Assembly (NCBI GenBank): GCA_003971905.1
Contig: RSEE01000116.1
Location: 124,001 to 187,065 of the forward strand
Length of the DNA stretch: 63,065 bases
Direction of reading: 5' to 3'
Origin: Moniliella sp. 'wahieum'
Lineage: Eukaryota
Part shown: positions 24,692 through 38,297 of the stretch, piece by piece
Numbering within the stretch: the first letter of the stretch is position 1
How the letters are laid out: each line of letters opens with the position of its first letter
Notes under the pieces: generated by a model
What the model saw: only the letters and a program-made list of their open reading frames with translations
Told to the model about the DNA's origin: nothing
Databases searched by the model: none
Position numbers and translations under genes: made by a program

Positions 24692-25723
24692 TGGCATGTG
24701 ACATCTGCAAAGACCACGGATGTTCCCCTTCCACCACCGTTTCTTTCTCAATGACGTGCCCACTTTTCTTCCTTATTTCTTCGGGGACTTCTACATCTGT
24801 TTCTTTCGTCGGAGCGACCTTGCACAACTGTGGCGGCAATCAAGGCGAGCAGCCTAGACAAAAGGCCATGCGTGATGACTTTTCGGTTCGTCAGACCCGG
24901 ATCTTTCACACCGCCTCGGTGCGATGAAGATAATGACCGTGGTCGGTTGGCTGGGTGTGCATGCGCGTAACTTTTTTCTCTTCTACAACCGCACCCGACT
25001 CCGCATTGTGTTTGGTCACCAGGATAGCTCGGTGGGATTGTTCATCAGCAAGCACCACTCGGAAGTGCTTGCCGCTCGAACACATTCAGTCCATACGGAG
25101 AAGCAAGTCGTTGTCTTTCGTGGGTCTATGCACCAACAAAAGGCTATGTTCATGACAATCCCGCCGCCAATCCTATCCTACTTGACAGTCTCATTCACCT
25201 GTCAGATCCGTCGATACAGATGAAAGAAGCTAAAAGCAAACCTTACAACAATAGAAAGTGGCATAGGAAGACAACGATGGCATAGTACTAGGGCGGAAGT
25301 GGATCCGGCGATAACACGACTATTCTGTTGCGAATAGAGAAAACGAAATGTGGACGATACGGAGACAGGAGGCAGGATTCCTGACCCTAGTCAATAGGAC
25401 AAGAACAGACCAAAAGGTGAACACAGGTGTTGAAAGAGAGTGGGGCGACTGACAGAAGAAATCAAGATCATTGGTGTAAGCAGGGCGGAATCCAAACAAG
25501 AACGAGACGAAACGCGGCGACAAAGCACTGGTTGGAAACAGCGAACACGGAGCAGGTAGAGTGCCCCGCCTGCCAGCAGGGCGGGGGTGGGAGAAAATCG
25601 GAACGCATCCAAATCGAACAGACGGCATTCTTTTCGTTGAGGGCGATGGGAAAAGTAGGGAACAGTAAAGCGCTTTACAGACTGGCAAGAGACTGACGGA
25701 AGGAGAAGACACAAACTCCTGCA

Positions 25724-27008
25724 TTACTTCTCTTCCGGCTCTTCATCCCCTTCCTCGGCATCAAAGTCGACAATATCAGCATCATGCTGGTTGTCCTCCT
25801 CGTCCTCCCCTTCGAACGGGAGATTCGGGTCAAAGGCACCGTCTTGGGAGGTGGCGAGCCAAGCGTCGCGCGCCTGGCATATCTCGTCGCACATCGTTCC
25901 ATTCGGGTGGTTGTCCCATAACTCCTCGTCCTCCGGGTCGGGCATCTCAAGTCGCTTGAGCATCCGCTCGTGTCGGCGCATCAGCGATGAGGACATGCCT
26001 CGCGACCCATGCGAGCGCTTGGAAGCAGCAACGTTGTACGCACGGTACCATTTGCCCAGCGAGCGCAAGTCGCCACTCGCCCGAAACGCCGCGTTCTGCC
26101 TCGACCCAAAGCTGTCGGGGGGTGGGCAAACATGCCAAAGGGGAAAGCAGCCTTGACGTAGCCCGTTGAAGCAAGGAACTTGGTCGCGTCAACCATAAAT
26201 TGCTTGGCCTGCGCCGCCGACGGATTGGAAGAGGAGGTGACGCCGTATTCGGTCACGTAGATGGGCTTGTTGGGCCACCGGCTGTGGATGCGGGAGATGT
26301 AGGACTTGAACTTGTTGAGACTGCCGTTGTCCCAACCACCATAAAAGTGCACCGACAAAAAGTCGACATCGCCACCTAGAAGACGCCAGCGATGTGTCAG
26401 CGTTCAAACCACCTTCGCCGCATGCACGCATCAACGGGGATGAGGAGATGGGGAAATGGGGGGTCTGAGGACGTACCTTGCTTGTTCAGAATGCGCATAA
26501 ACTTTTCGAGCCACTTGACATTGTAGCAGATGGAGGGGAGGAGATGCGCGATCCATACGCCTGCCGGAGCGGTGCAAGCTCACGCTGGAACGCCTTGGCA
26601 GCCGCAGACGGCGTGTAGTCCGATTGGGTTGACACGTCCGGCTCGTTGTAGGCGAGCACAGCGTGGGGCGGGGATTGCGCAAACGTACTCTTCACCTGCT
26701 TCCACGCCGCGTTTTGCTGGCGGCCCCAGCTGTGCAAAAAGGGGGTCAGAACGGGAGGAGGGGTGAGGGGAGAAGGAAGGAGGGTGCGTACCGCATGGGA
26801 ATGAAGCGGATGCCGCTGTCGCTCAGCGACGACACGGCGCCCATCTGCCAGTGGTGGTAGAGGTCAATGTTGGCATTGCCAGTCAACTGGTGGGCCCACT
26901 CGTTGTCGGCGGCCCAGGCAAGGCCGAGGTGGAAGGCATTGGCGGGGGCGGCGAGGAGGGCGAGCACTGCCAGCAGCGCGCGAGCAGGGGGAGGAGCGGA
27001 GTGCGCAT
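25724..27008 (-). CDS. Secreted GH128 (Asl1-like) beta-1,3-glucanase with acidic C-terminal extension
   Basis: Signal peptide; LGLAW, YHHW, FIPM-WG, LAYNEPD (acid/base), DFLSVHFYG, PIYVTEYG (nucleophile). Two introns (~26730-26791 and ~26377-26477). Confidence 0.88.
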
Positions 27009-29579
27009 GGGGCAGGTGTGCTTGGCCGTCAGACCAAAGAGAATGTGGGGGGGGGGCGGGGTCGGGGATGAAGGGGAAGATGAAGATGGGGGTGGAGATG
27101 GGGCTACCGGTTCCCACCTTCCGATCTCAGGCCTCCGAGGCTGAGGCATCAGAATCAGAGCTTCCAGTGCCTCCACTCCGCCCCTCATCGACATGGGGAT
27201 CGTCGAGATCACCTCGGGCATCCCCAGACACGCCGCGATGGGCACCCAACGCACCGAGCCACGCAAGACCAGAGCGGCGGTGCGCCCAGGCACAGCAAGA
27301 CACTGCCGGGCGAACAATGGCCCCGAACTGCCGTTGGGCTGGGCCACAAGACAGGCCCCGTGCGGTCCCCGCGCCACGAGCGATCCCGCGCGGGGGCAGT
27401 ATGGCGGCCTCGCGTGCCAGAGCGACGGTGGGCGATCCTGATCAGGCTGGTGGATGATGCAATGTACGATGCATGATGCGCGCAGCTGCCATGGAGGCGA
27501 AACTGCCCCCCCACTCGCCACTACTCCACTGTCCGAGCAACTGGCTTGCCCGTCGATCACACTGCCCGTCTGCCCGTCCGAACACCTGCACAGCTCGCCC
27601 ATCTCCCATGCCACATGTGCCATGTTCCTTTCGGCCCCCTGGCGGTTGTGTGTTGTTGTGCTGCCCCCACCGGGTGTGTACTCTCCTCGATCTCCTCGCT
27701 TACGCTGGGCCGATCCCTTCGATTCGATCACTCCCTCCGGCCGTTCAGTACGTTCAGTAGCCTCGGTACGTTCAACGTTGTGTGTCCCAGCAGACCAGCT
27801 GAGTTGCTCACCAGTGCTCTTGTCACCGCAATTATGGCCGTAATGCATACTCGGTATCCGCGGTAACGGCAACCGGTAACCGGTAATCGATAATCCAGAG
27901 AGGCCTGAATCCATGATGCACGATGCGTAATCGACTTGATCGATGATCCCCATCCCAGCACTGCTTTGGGCGTGAACCTGTGCGGGGGCAGCGCAGACAG
28001 ACAGAAGGCGGCGTAAACGGATGGATGAAGAGAAAGAAGAAAGGGCAGAACTCGCCAGACTGGGAACGGAACCCGGGCGGAATCACCCACCGGGAGTCCG
28101 TGCCCATCCACACAGAACCATCCGTCTCGTCATGTTTGGGTGGTGGGTATCGAAGACCTTTACTTCCATACGTGCTATACTCTTTGCCCATCCTCCATCT
28201 CCCGCACCCTCCAGAAAGCACATGACTGGTATTGGCTGGTTATTAGTGCCCGTGGGCACTTCCTCACCGTATGTATATGTTCAGTCCGTTCAACCGAATG
28301 GTGTGCTCACACCTCCCACCATCGCTGTAGTACAGATAAATATTGGCTACGTTTTCTCAGCCACTCTATTGGGATAGCAGAACTGAATGATGGTGGTTCA
28401 AAAAAAGGTGTGTTTGGGCCCAGAGAGAAAATTGGAGGAACGAATCAGAGAAAGTGGCCCTGGGTCACCAGAAGCCGGAGTGAGCTGTGGGTCCAAGCTG
28501 TCGGAACCTGACGCTGTCCTCTGATCTCGGTGAGTACTCAGTCTGAGTACTGAGCCAACAGGCCAGAAGAGGGAATTGACCCTCGGGTCCCTAGCAGGGC
28601 ACAATACCCTTTGGGAGCCGTCAACTCCCTATATTCTGACGTTAAACTATGTTTTGTTCTGCTACAAATAGACGGTGTAGTACTGATATACCCCATTGCA
28701 TTGCATGTTGACGTGGTACTGCAAACTCAATTGAACGTTGACGTGAGGCCTGGAAGATGCGGCCAAACCAGGCCTCTTTTTCTGCATTGTGCCGCCTTCG
28801 GTGTGTATACAAGTCTCCTGGGTCTGGTGCTCTCGCAACACGACAATCAAAGTGTGAGAACATCTCAATTCCCCATCCGTTGGCTCGCCTTTCTCAAGAC
28901 TGGGGCGGCTTATCGTTTTATAAAACCTCCCCTTGGCAGGAAAACGAGGAGATAGGGGCATTACTCACGAGGCAGTGGGGACCTGCGAAAGGAAAAGAGA
29001 TAAAGATGAGAGGAAGGCATATATTTTTCTGGCACGCCTGTGTGTTGGCTTTGGCAAGGCGAATTGGGGCGCAGAGTCTTACAGCGTTTACCCTGTTATG
29101 GCACCCGGATTGCACATCGCAGTGGAACTCACAAGGGGCGATGGCAGTTGTGTTGGTGAGAGAACGTGACCGGGGGAGGGTGCACCCGTTGGCTGCAGCG
29201 GTTGGAATTGGAGGGGCGGCCACGGCGGAAGATTACGTACGCAGCGCAGTCCATCCAATGGCGCCTGGATCGCTACAACTCGAGCGACGGGGGCAGGGGG
29301 GAGCGGGGTATGGCAACCCTAACATGAGATAATCCACTTACGCTCCCATTGGGACAGTGTCTTCTGGGTAATGCGCCGCAGTCGTCCAACCCTACGTTTG
29401 AACCCCTCGGGGTCGCTCCTCTGCCCATGTCCTGGCGCTTGCTCGCGATCCCGACCGTCACCCCCAAGTTCCACTAGAGCAGAACAACTCGTACGTTGTC
29501 CCTCCCTCGGGAACATGCCCGCCCGCATCGGCTCAAGGAGACAACAGCAGATTCTCTTGCCTGTCCAGGTTTTTTCACC

Positions 29580-30096
29580 ATGTCGACGACCAACCCGATG
29601 AAGGACCTGAAGATTGACAAGCTTGTCATCAACTGCTCGGTGGTGCGTCGGGGGACCCGCTGACGCGTGCGTGCAAGGTGCTGGAACAGTTGACGGGTCA
29701 GACGCCCGTGACGTCCAAGGCGCGCTACACACGCTGCGTGGGTTTGGCATTCGGCGTAACGAGAAGATTGCGGCGCATGTGACGGTGCGTGGGCCGAAGG
29801 CGGAGGAGATCTTGGAGCGCGGCCTCAAGGTCAAGGAGTACGAGCTGTCGCGTCGCAACTTTTCCGAGACGGGCAACTTTGGGTTTGGCATCAACGAGCA
29901 CATTGACCTCGGCATCAAGTACGACCCTTCCATTGGCATTTTCGGCCTGGACTTTTTCTGCGTCATTACCCGGCCCGGCGTGCGCGTGGCCCGGCGCAAG
30001 CAGAAGACCGCTCGCGTTGGCTACACCCACCGCGTCAAGAAGGAGGAGACCGCCGCCTGGTTCCGCCAGCGCTTTGAGGGCATCATCACCAACTAA
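29580..30096 (+). CDS. RPL11: 60S ribosomal protein L11 (uL5)
   Basis: [17 protein letters not shown]...[36 protein letters not shown]...[30 protein letters not shown]. Probable 5'UTR intron 29491-29568 (GTACGT..CAG). Confidence 0.97.
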
Positions 30097-30264
30097 CTTG
30101 CCCTGGCATTGCCTCCCCACCTCCTAACCCTTTCGCCTCCCCCAAAAAATCTCTTGAATGAGCCGGCCTGGGTCCCTGGTCTGACCTGGGTCGATTGGGC
30201 CTGACTTGTGATCCGTGTCCGCTCAGCGCACCTCTGGCCTGCTAGGGCCTGTTAACTGCATGCC

Positions 30265-30531
30265 ATGCCACACACCCGGCTTGTAGTGATCCTCAGCTAT
30301 GTCATAGGAGTGGTCATTTTCTTGGTTGCCGCGCTGTATGGACTGACACTGGACCGCATGTACACTAAAGCGATGGGAGTGCGTCACCTATCTGCCTGTC
30401 GACCAAAGAAGAGACTTCATGTGTCCTTGCATCATCTTTGGGGGGGGGGGGTTACTAGCTTTACTCCCCGCCCCGCTCCGGAGGTCGAGATGGGTACAGC
30501 GGAGGATGCCAGTCCAACTCGTCGAACATAG
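30265..30531 (+). CDS. Small single-pass membrane protein (hypothetical)
   Basis: MPHTRLVVILSYVIGVVIFLVAALYGLTLDRMY hydrophobic helix; candidate intron 30379-30459 (GTGCGT..TAG). Confidence 0.4.
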   Translation: MPHTRLVVILSYVIGVVIFLVAALYGLTLDRMYTKAMGVRHLSACRPKKRLHVSLHHLWGGGVTSFTPRPAPEVEMGTAEDASPTRRT

Positions 30532-33327
30532 TAACCCTCTCACCCTCGCCCAGATCAGTACAATGGACCGACCGTGCCGCGCAAGCCAGGTACGACACTT
30601 GACGAATGCGCTTCCACGCCCATATGTATTCTTCCTCCATCGTCACATTCGATACCACCCACACTTGCGGTTCCGCTAGATGGGAGCAACACTTTTGCAC
30701 CAGGACAGGGGAGTAACTGGAACAGGAGGGAAAAGAAACAGGGTGTCAGCATGAAAACACGGAGCGTGCGGTGGGTTGCGTGAGACGTGAAAGGGCGCGA
30801 CAGAGCTGTACATGGCACGAGGCATGGTAATCATCTCGAGTTGGACGTGGCTGAGAGACCGTCCGTCAAGAGGGATAGTTACCACGGTTGTATGGTGCAC
30901 CCTAAGAAAACCACAATGGGGTCTTATATGCTATCTCTGAGCTCAACAACGATGCCATGCTCTCCGTCTTTTATGCACGCCTTATATACTTCCCCGTGCG
31001 TCTTCACCAAAAACCCGCCGCGCTCGCTCCCCGTTTTCCCCCTCCGCATGCACAGGGATCAGTGCTGCCATTGGACCTGTCAACCGGCACACGGAGCCCT
31101 GTTGTTTTGCTACGGATGCACACAAACACAAGGGCGAAGCAGCAGAGGATTCCTAGCTGCAACATTTGTTCGACGTTCACCCGGCTGAGTCGATGAAGGA
31201 GGTTAAGCTTGCTGTGGTTACGGACTGGGTCAAGACGGTCGAGCCTCACTATGGAGAAGGAGGTTCAGTGAGGACGGTGAGGCCATTAAAGAATGCTAGG
31301 TCCCTCTGTAGCAACCCCCTTGACAAGTCTCAATCGGAATCTCATATATAGCCCATTTCCCTACCGTGGGTAAACGTTCACCAAACTGGATCTACGCAAG
31401 GGGATCTGATACTATTTCCTCACCGGGTGGTGTATTCGAGAAATAAGATCGCAGCGCGGATGCATTGCAGAGAGGGGGGCTTACGATAGTCCCTGGCCTC
31501 ATTCCCAGCCATGATGACAGGAAAACGAACATTAATGCCGCCATTTCTTGCTGCATGTGAATGAGATCGATTCCAATAACAAGAAACTTCTTTTCAGAGA
31601 AGAGCATACCGCTTTTGAAGGCTTGAAGATTGGTTGTGATGGTACCTATATACAGCTCTCACGCAATGTTGTGCTCAAATCAATTCGCCATCAGAGAGAT
31701 GGGGAATGTTGGGCAAAGATGGTTGATGGTTTCTCTCTGCCGCTCTCTGTTGCACATCATACGACCAAGAGGATGTATCTGGATCATGAGATAGGGTATA
31801 CCTCTTGGGCTGTAACAGTCTTTCTCAACAACACAAAGCGGAGGGAGTAGGAGTTTGACTGGCCTGGATAGGAGATAGCGACAGGGCCGAGTTGGACAGA
31901 TGATGCACACGGGAGGATTGTAGCGTAGTTCAGTCCTCTCTTACCGTGGAGCCACGTTGTTGTACAGCTCGTAGCAGGAACAACTATGTATATAGGCGTT
32001 AGGCGTCAGAGGGGGAGCATAAACGTTAAACGGTCACAAATGGTAAACGCCACGTGTCTTAGCTGGCCTTGACGCCTTTGCTGTTGGGGGGTGCAGGCAT
32101 GGGTCTCCCAGGGTCTCCACTCATTTCTCATCGCGGAAACAAAAACAGGTGAATGTGGCCTGCGTGTGGAGAGCGGGCCGAGTGCCAGTAGTGCTGAGCG
32201 GCTCAGAGGGGATGTGCCGATATGCTGGATGGAGGCCCTGAGGCCCTGAGGCCTGAAGCCTGAAGGGGCTGAGGCCTGAAAGGGGGAGGCTGCCTTTGGC
32301 CTGAGGGTTAGGACTGGGGTACTGAGAGGAGTGTGGCGCAAGCGTCTGTTTCTGCTATGGGGGACGGTGCGCCTGTGGGCTGCTGTGGCGCTACTGTCAG
32401 CGCCATTGCGCTTTGGAAATGTTCAAGCCGAGACCACTGCTGTTTCGCGTGATCGCGTGATATGGGCCAGGGCAGGCCATGGCACTGCCTGGCTGTCGAC
32501 AAGGGCGCGGCCCAAGCGGCGCGAGACGGTCGCGCTCTGTTGAAGTGAGACGAGCTGATGGGTCGGTTTTGGCGTGTGGAGGGGGAGAAGGGGGTAATAG
32601 AGGGGCGTTGGAGCTTGGGCAAGAAAAGCAAGTTTACGTTTCCTCTGCGCCTTTTCCTCAACTCTCCTGGGTTGCCTCCCAACAGGCAGCTTTTCTGTGC
32701 CGCATTTGAAGCCGGAAGGGGGCAGAGATATGCCGCTGGGGACCGGCTGAGTACGGAGTAGGGGCAGTGGATGGGGGTGCAGTGTGCTGTGCTGGCCAGT
32801 GCGGGCGCGCTTAAAGTACCGCGTCGAGTTCAGCTGAACAGCGCTCAGCGGTCGAGAGGCACGGGGGCAGTGTGTGTATGCGTCGCAGCACTGTGCTGAG
32901 CGGCGGCTATCGCGGCACTGGGACACTGCCGCTGTGCCTGGCGTGCACGGGGCTGCGCTCGAGGGATATTGCTGTGCCTGGGTGATGGGGAGGGCACTGT
33001 GCAAGAGCGGAGGGAGCACATGCATGTGTCACCTGAGTCTGGCTGGATACTGTATCTGACACTGCACCTAAACAGGCAGGACATGCGGGTGGCAATGCAG
33101 CGCTGCCCATTCGCATTCGCATCCTCATCAATCATTGGCCACCACACTTGCCCCCCGCCCAGTCTGTCCCACTCCTGCCCGTGCCGGCCTGCCTGGGCCC
33201 CCCGCCCCCACACTCGCCCCATGCGCCCGTCCCCCCCCCCGGCCTGCTTACTCCACTTGGCTCTGGCCGCCTGCTGAGGCTCAGCCTCCACCTTGCCACC
33301 GTCCCCACCACTCGCACCTCCACCACC

Positions 33328-35424
33328 ATGCAGCCCTTCTTCGGACCAACAGCGCCCTCCGCTTCCCTCCGCCCCTCCTCGACCCCCCCCTCCCGCCCCC
33401 CGCCACTCCAGCATGGCCACCGACGTCGAGCGCGCCACCGACAGCACCCTCCACATGTCCCTCTCCGACGACACGCCCACCACCAAGGCCTCCTCCTTGC
33501 TCACCCTCCCCTTCCTCCCGCCCACCTCTCCCTCTCCCCCTGCAGCGCCGCCCGCCCCGTCGTGACCGCCACCTCGGCCACGGCCACCTCCACCATCCAT
33601 GCCCTCTCCCCCAGCCCCCGCACGCCCTCCCTCGGCCTCTGGCCCGACTCGACCTGTCCGACCTCGACTCGGCCTGCTCCTGCCCGACTTGGCCTCGACG
33701 GTCCCGCCGCCGACTTCCCCAGCCCCCATCCCTCCCACCCCGACTCGACCACGGACCTCGATTCGGACGAGCTCGAGCAGCTCTCGCCCTCGCCCTTTGC
33801 GCCTGCCGCCGAACCACCCGGCCCATTGCCATGCCGGCCCCGGCTTTGTCCCACCTCCCTGCCCATCCGCCCTCTGACCGCTCATGTCGCCCGAGCAGGA
33901 GAACGTTCGGTCTCGGACGACGGGCCTTGCTCTTTACTTCTCTGCCCCCGCAGGCGCTCGAGCAGGGAACGTCCGCTCCCGCCCTTCGACCCAACCTGCT
34001 TCTCATCTGCCATCTGGGGTTCACATCTACAAGCCGTCATTTCCTCCCCACCCTTCCTCTCTGGCCGGTGCGTTTTTGGCAGCCCCGTATCTGTCCCGTC
34101 TATGAGCTCGGTCCCGTCGGGCCTGTCTGCCTCGCCGGTCCTGTCGGGTGTGTCGCTGTCGCCGACGTTGGGTCTGTCTCCGTCCGAGGACGTGCTGGCA
34201 TTTGCTTCGCTCCCCCAGTGGGTGTACGGGACGGTCTGCCATGGCCGCCCCATTTTCCCACCGTCCAATGCCGATGCGAGAACAAGCTACAGCGATAGCC
34301 TGGGCTCGTCCCTGAATGGCTGTCGTCTCCTACGCCTGCGCTGTCCTTTGCTCGTCCCCCCTGCGCGCCGCACCGACCAGCGCACCCTTCTGGTCTGTCT
34401 ATGGCATTCAACCCGTCTTGCAGTGCCGCCACTCCGCTGCCTGCTGCATCCGTAACCACCAGTCTGTCCTCCACTGCCACCCCTGCCTACCCGAACTCCG
34501 ACCGCCTCTCTTGTCTGCCTGTACGCCTCGGGTCTCCTTCGGCGCTCGAGGCCAACCCGCCACCGGCGTTTGTGCTGAATCCGTTGCGCCCCAGACGCTC
34601 AAGTAACCGGTCGTCACGCAGGGCGAGGGCGAGGGCGAAGCGCGGTCGCTATTGGCCCGCCTCGAGTCGGACCAGGCATCAGCTTTGGCCGCACTGGCTC
34701 CGTCCTTGTCCTTGTCCTTATCGTCGTTGTCGTCCCGTCGCTCGGCTCGTCGGCTCTCAGTTCAACAGCGCAGCTAGCCCGCCTTGCCTGCCCTCCCGCC
34801 CCGGCTGTACCGCTGCCCCAAGCAGAAAGCACGGTGGGCACATCCTTCCCCCCCCCGCTCGCACGTGTCCTACCCGCCCACCTCGGCCTCTTCGACTGCG
34901 CCTTCGACCGTGCCTTCGACGTTGCCGTTGACTTTGACTTCGACGTTGACGTTGACGGAGCCAGGGGCGGGGAGGGCAGCGCCGAGGGCAGAACCCATGG
35001 CGCGTTCGCTGCCGCTACCTTCGCCGTCGCACTTTGGACCGAGTCCGAGTCGTCGTCGTCGGATCGAAGTGGACCCTGTGACGGGGATCATTACGCGACC
35101 GACGCGCGGGCGGGCCGTGCCGACCGACATGGAAGAGATGGCGTACCTGGGCAAGCTGGGCAAGGGCGGGCGGGTATGGGCATGCGAGGTGAGGGGTGCA
35201 ACAAGCTGTTCCGTCGATCGGAACATTTGAATCGTCATTTACGTTCTATTCATTCGGATGCCCGTCCGTTCCCTTGCCCCTTTGCTGGGTGCGACAAGTT
35301 CTTCTCCCGCCGCGATAACTTGCACCAACACCAACGTGTTCATACCCTCGACAAGGACGCCCGTCGCCGTCGCGCCTCCCTCGCGCGCGAGCCGCACCAC
35401 CTGCCTGCCCTGCCGGATGCGTAG
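33328..35424 (+). CDS. C2H2 zinc-finger transcription factor, Msn2/4-Seb1-like
   Basis: C-terminal fingers [56 protein letters not shown], preceded by RGRAVPT. Long S/P-rich N-terminus; start uncertain (33328 or 33413). Confidence 0.85.
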
Positions 35425-36744
35425 CTTGCCCTGGAACTGGACCTGGAGCTGAAGCTGGAGCTGGAGTGGAGTGGAGCTTGGCTGGGCTCGATCTAACCCT
35501 CTTCTCTCCTCTCCTTTCTTCTTTTTTTTCTTTTCGTCTCGTTTCTCCACTTGATATAGTTGACGTTGCGTTTGGCTTTGTACTTAACTGGTTGAGGTTC
35601 CCTGTCGATTTCGTCCCTTCCTCTGTTTTGTTTGCCGGGCCCGCCATGGCAGCGCGGACCTGTCCCCCCTGCCTACCCTGCTTGCCTATGTTTTGTTCCT
35701 TGCAGACAGGCGGTGGGCAGGTCCGTGGCCTGTGCCCAGGGCCCTCCCCTTGCTCGCCCAATGTGTATTCCCTTTCCCTCTGCGTCTTCCCCGCTCTTGC
35801 TCTTGCTCTGCTGCTTCTCGCGCGCTCGGGCGTACCGCCTAGCGCGTTTACGACATTTCTTTCCCCGATTGGTCTCCCTTCTCTCTTCCTCCCATACGAC
35901 TCGCTTTGGTTCTCTCTCTCTCTCCGTCTCTCTATCTACTCCCTGGCTGCGTTCGAACAGGCCTAATAGGCTTCATCTGTGTCGATACTCTATGCTTGTG
36001 TCTCATGTCTCGTGCCTCGTCGTGCCCACGCGGTGATTTGTTCGTACGGGCTGGGCAAGGACCGTAAGGTATTCATTCCATATGCCTTTGAAGTTGACGT
36101 TAGGCGGAAGCGTCAGCTTGCTTCTCCACTCTGTAGTTGGGCATGGAGCGGGTACGCTGGAAGCGCTAAGCGTGCGCTTGGCGCGTTACTGTGCATGGTT
36201 AAGCGGTTGCAACCCCGGCGAACGCGACCTGAGCGGCTCAGCACGACTTGCAACCGACGGATGGATATATGGACTGTGCATGTCAGCGCATCCGATCTCC
36301 GAGGCCAGCACCGAGGCACGGAGCAAGACAGGGTTGTGTGTCAGGCAGACCAGATAGCGAGCCGGATGGGGCAGGTGGGGGGTGGGGGAGTACTCGGAGT
36401 ACTCACTGAGTACTCAGGTACTGAGTACAGCCGGAGCGCACCCCACCAGACAGCGAGGGTGGGCGTGGGGCGAGACTGGGACGCAGCCGGCGTGCTGCCG
36501 TGTGCCGATTGCCGATGGTCGATTGGCGAGGCGGCGGCAGGGGCGCGTAGGCCAACCTAGCGAGCCACTGCCCCCGTGCGGAGGGGACGCTTGATTGATT
36601 GATTGGTGATCAAGTCGATGAAGGGATTCCGATTCCTGATTTGCCGGGCGGAGAAGTCTGGATGGAGACAATGGTTGAGCAGACGCCTATTTAGCCCAAG
36701 GCCTAACCCTCGCCTGCCCGCCTCCTCTTCCTCCGCGCTGCTCC

Positions 36745-38263
36745 ATGTCGTTCCTGCAGTGCCTCACCGACGCCCTGCCGGGCCTCTTCGCCCCCACCGG
36801 CCGCCTCACCGTCGAGGCTGCCCAGCAGCACGCCGCCTCCGCTCTGCCTCCGACGAGCCCGACGGCCCCCCGCCCGCCTACCCCGGCCGCGCCCACGCTC
36901 CCCCCGCGCCGCGCACGGCGTATGCTGCCCGACATGGCCCCCAAGCGCAAAGAGCAGCTCCAGCAGCTCTCCCACGCCATCGAGGCCCACATCGACGCCC
37001 TCTCGCCGACTGCGCAGCTGTCGATGAGCATGTGGCACCACCCCGAGCTGCAGTGGCAGGAGGTCCGCACCCACGACCTCTTTGCCAGCTACTTTGAGAC
37101 CCACCTCGCCTCCGAGGGCTGGTCCACCACCCGCCACGCCTACGCCTGCCCACGCGTTCGAGTGCTCCTTGAGTTTGTGCCGCCGGGCCACACGGGCCCC
37201 GTGCGCTGCATCGGCTTCCAGTCGGAGCTCGACGCTTTGCCCGGCATTGGCCAGGGGTGCGGGCACAACTTGATTGCCATCTCGGGCGTCGCGGCTGCCG
37301 TCAGCCTCGCGCGCGCGTGCAAGGAGCACAATGTGCCTGTCAAGGTCGTGCTGCTGGGCACGCCGGCGGAAGAAGGCGGCGGAGGTAAGATCAACTTGGT
37401 CGAGGCTGGCGCGTACGACCAAATGCACGTCTGCTCATGTGCCATCCCGCGCTGATGAATACCGTCACGCCCATGCTGGCGGTGCAGGCGGTGACGGTGC
37501 ACTTTAAGGGCAAGACGTCGCATGCTGGCGCGGCGCCTTGGCAGGGCATCAATGCCCTCGACGCTGCTGTGCTCGCCTACACCAACATCTCTGCTATGCG
37601 CCAGCAGCTGCCGCCCACCGCACGCGTACACGGTATCATCGAAGGCCACAACTGGCCCCCAACGTCATCCCCGACGACGTCCAGATGCGCTACAACGTCC
37701 GCGGTCCTACCGCCCAGGACGTCAAGGCCAACTTGGCCAAGGTCCTGCCCTGCTTTGAAGCGGCCGCCAAAGCGACCGGCTGTGCTTACAAGATCGATAT
37801 GGTTCGTCCCCCCCCTGCCTACCTTGCTCTGTACTCTCTTCCTCCCTCCCTTGGCGGCCAGCTCACCGCACCGGATCCCCCGCGAGACTGACACCACGAC
37901 ACGCAGATGCCAATGTACTACGATGTGGCAATGCCCTGGTCTGCGGGAGACGTACGAGGCGTTCATGGGCGCGGTACGGCGCTACGTTTACCGAGGCGCC
38001 CTTTACCGCCTCGACCGATTTTGGCAATGTGACCTACGCCTTGCCTGCGCTCCACCCCCTACCAGATCGACGTGGGCGACCACCCGAAGAAAAGGGTAAC
38101 CATACCATTGGCTTTACCAACGCTGCCAAAACCATCGAGGCCCACCAGCGCACGCTCGAAGTGTGTCGGCCTGGCTACGCTCGCTGCTAAAGTCGTCGTC
38201 GACCCAGACTTTTACCACCACGTCCACCAGGTATGGGAAGAGGAGATGCAAACCCGCAAGTAA
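36745..38263 (+). CDS. Peptidase M20 family amidohydrolase (PM20D2/ACY1L2-like)
   Basis: WHHPELQWQE, SELDALPGIGQGCGHNLIA, LGTPAEEGGGGKI, SHAGAAPWQGINALDA, STDFGNVTYALPALHP. Intron about 37802-37906. Confidence 0.92.
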
Positions 38264-38267
38264 CTCC

Positions 38268-38297
38268 CGTACCGTTACCGTTACCGTTACCGTTACC
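38268..38297. repeat. (CCGTTA)n hexanucleotide microsatellite
   Basis: Read directly, just 3' of the M20 stop. Confidence 0.8.

Noticed and set aside
28440..28920. RNase MRP/P RNA suggested by GAAAGTGGCCC and GGGGCGGCTTA
   Set aside because: Both deviate from the CR-I and CR-V consensus and do not form a convincing P4 pairing.
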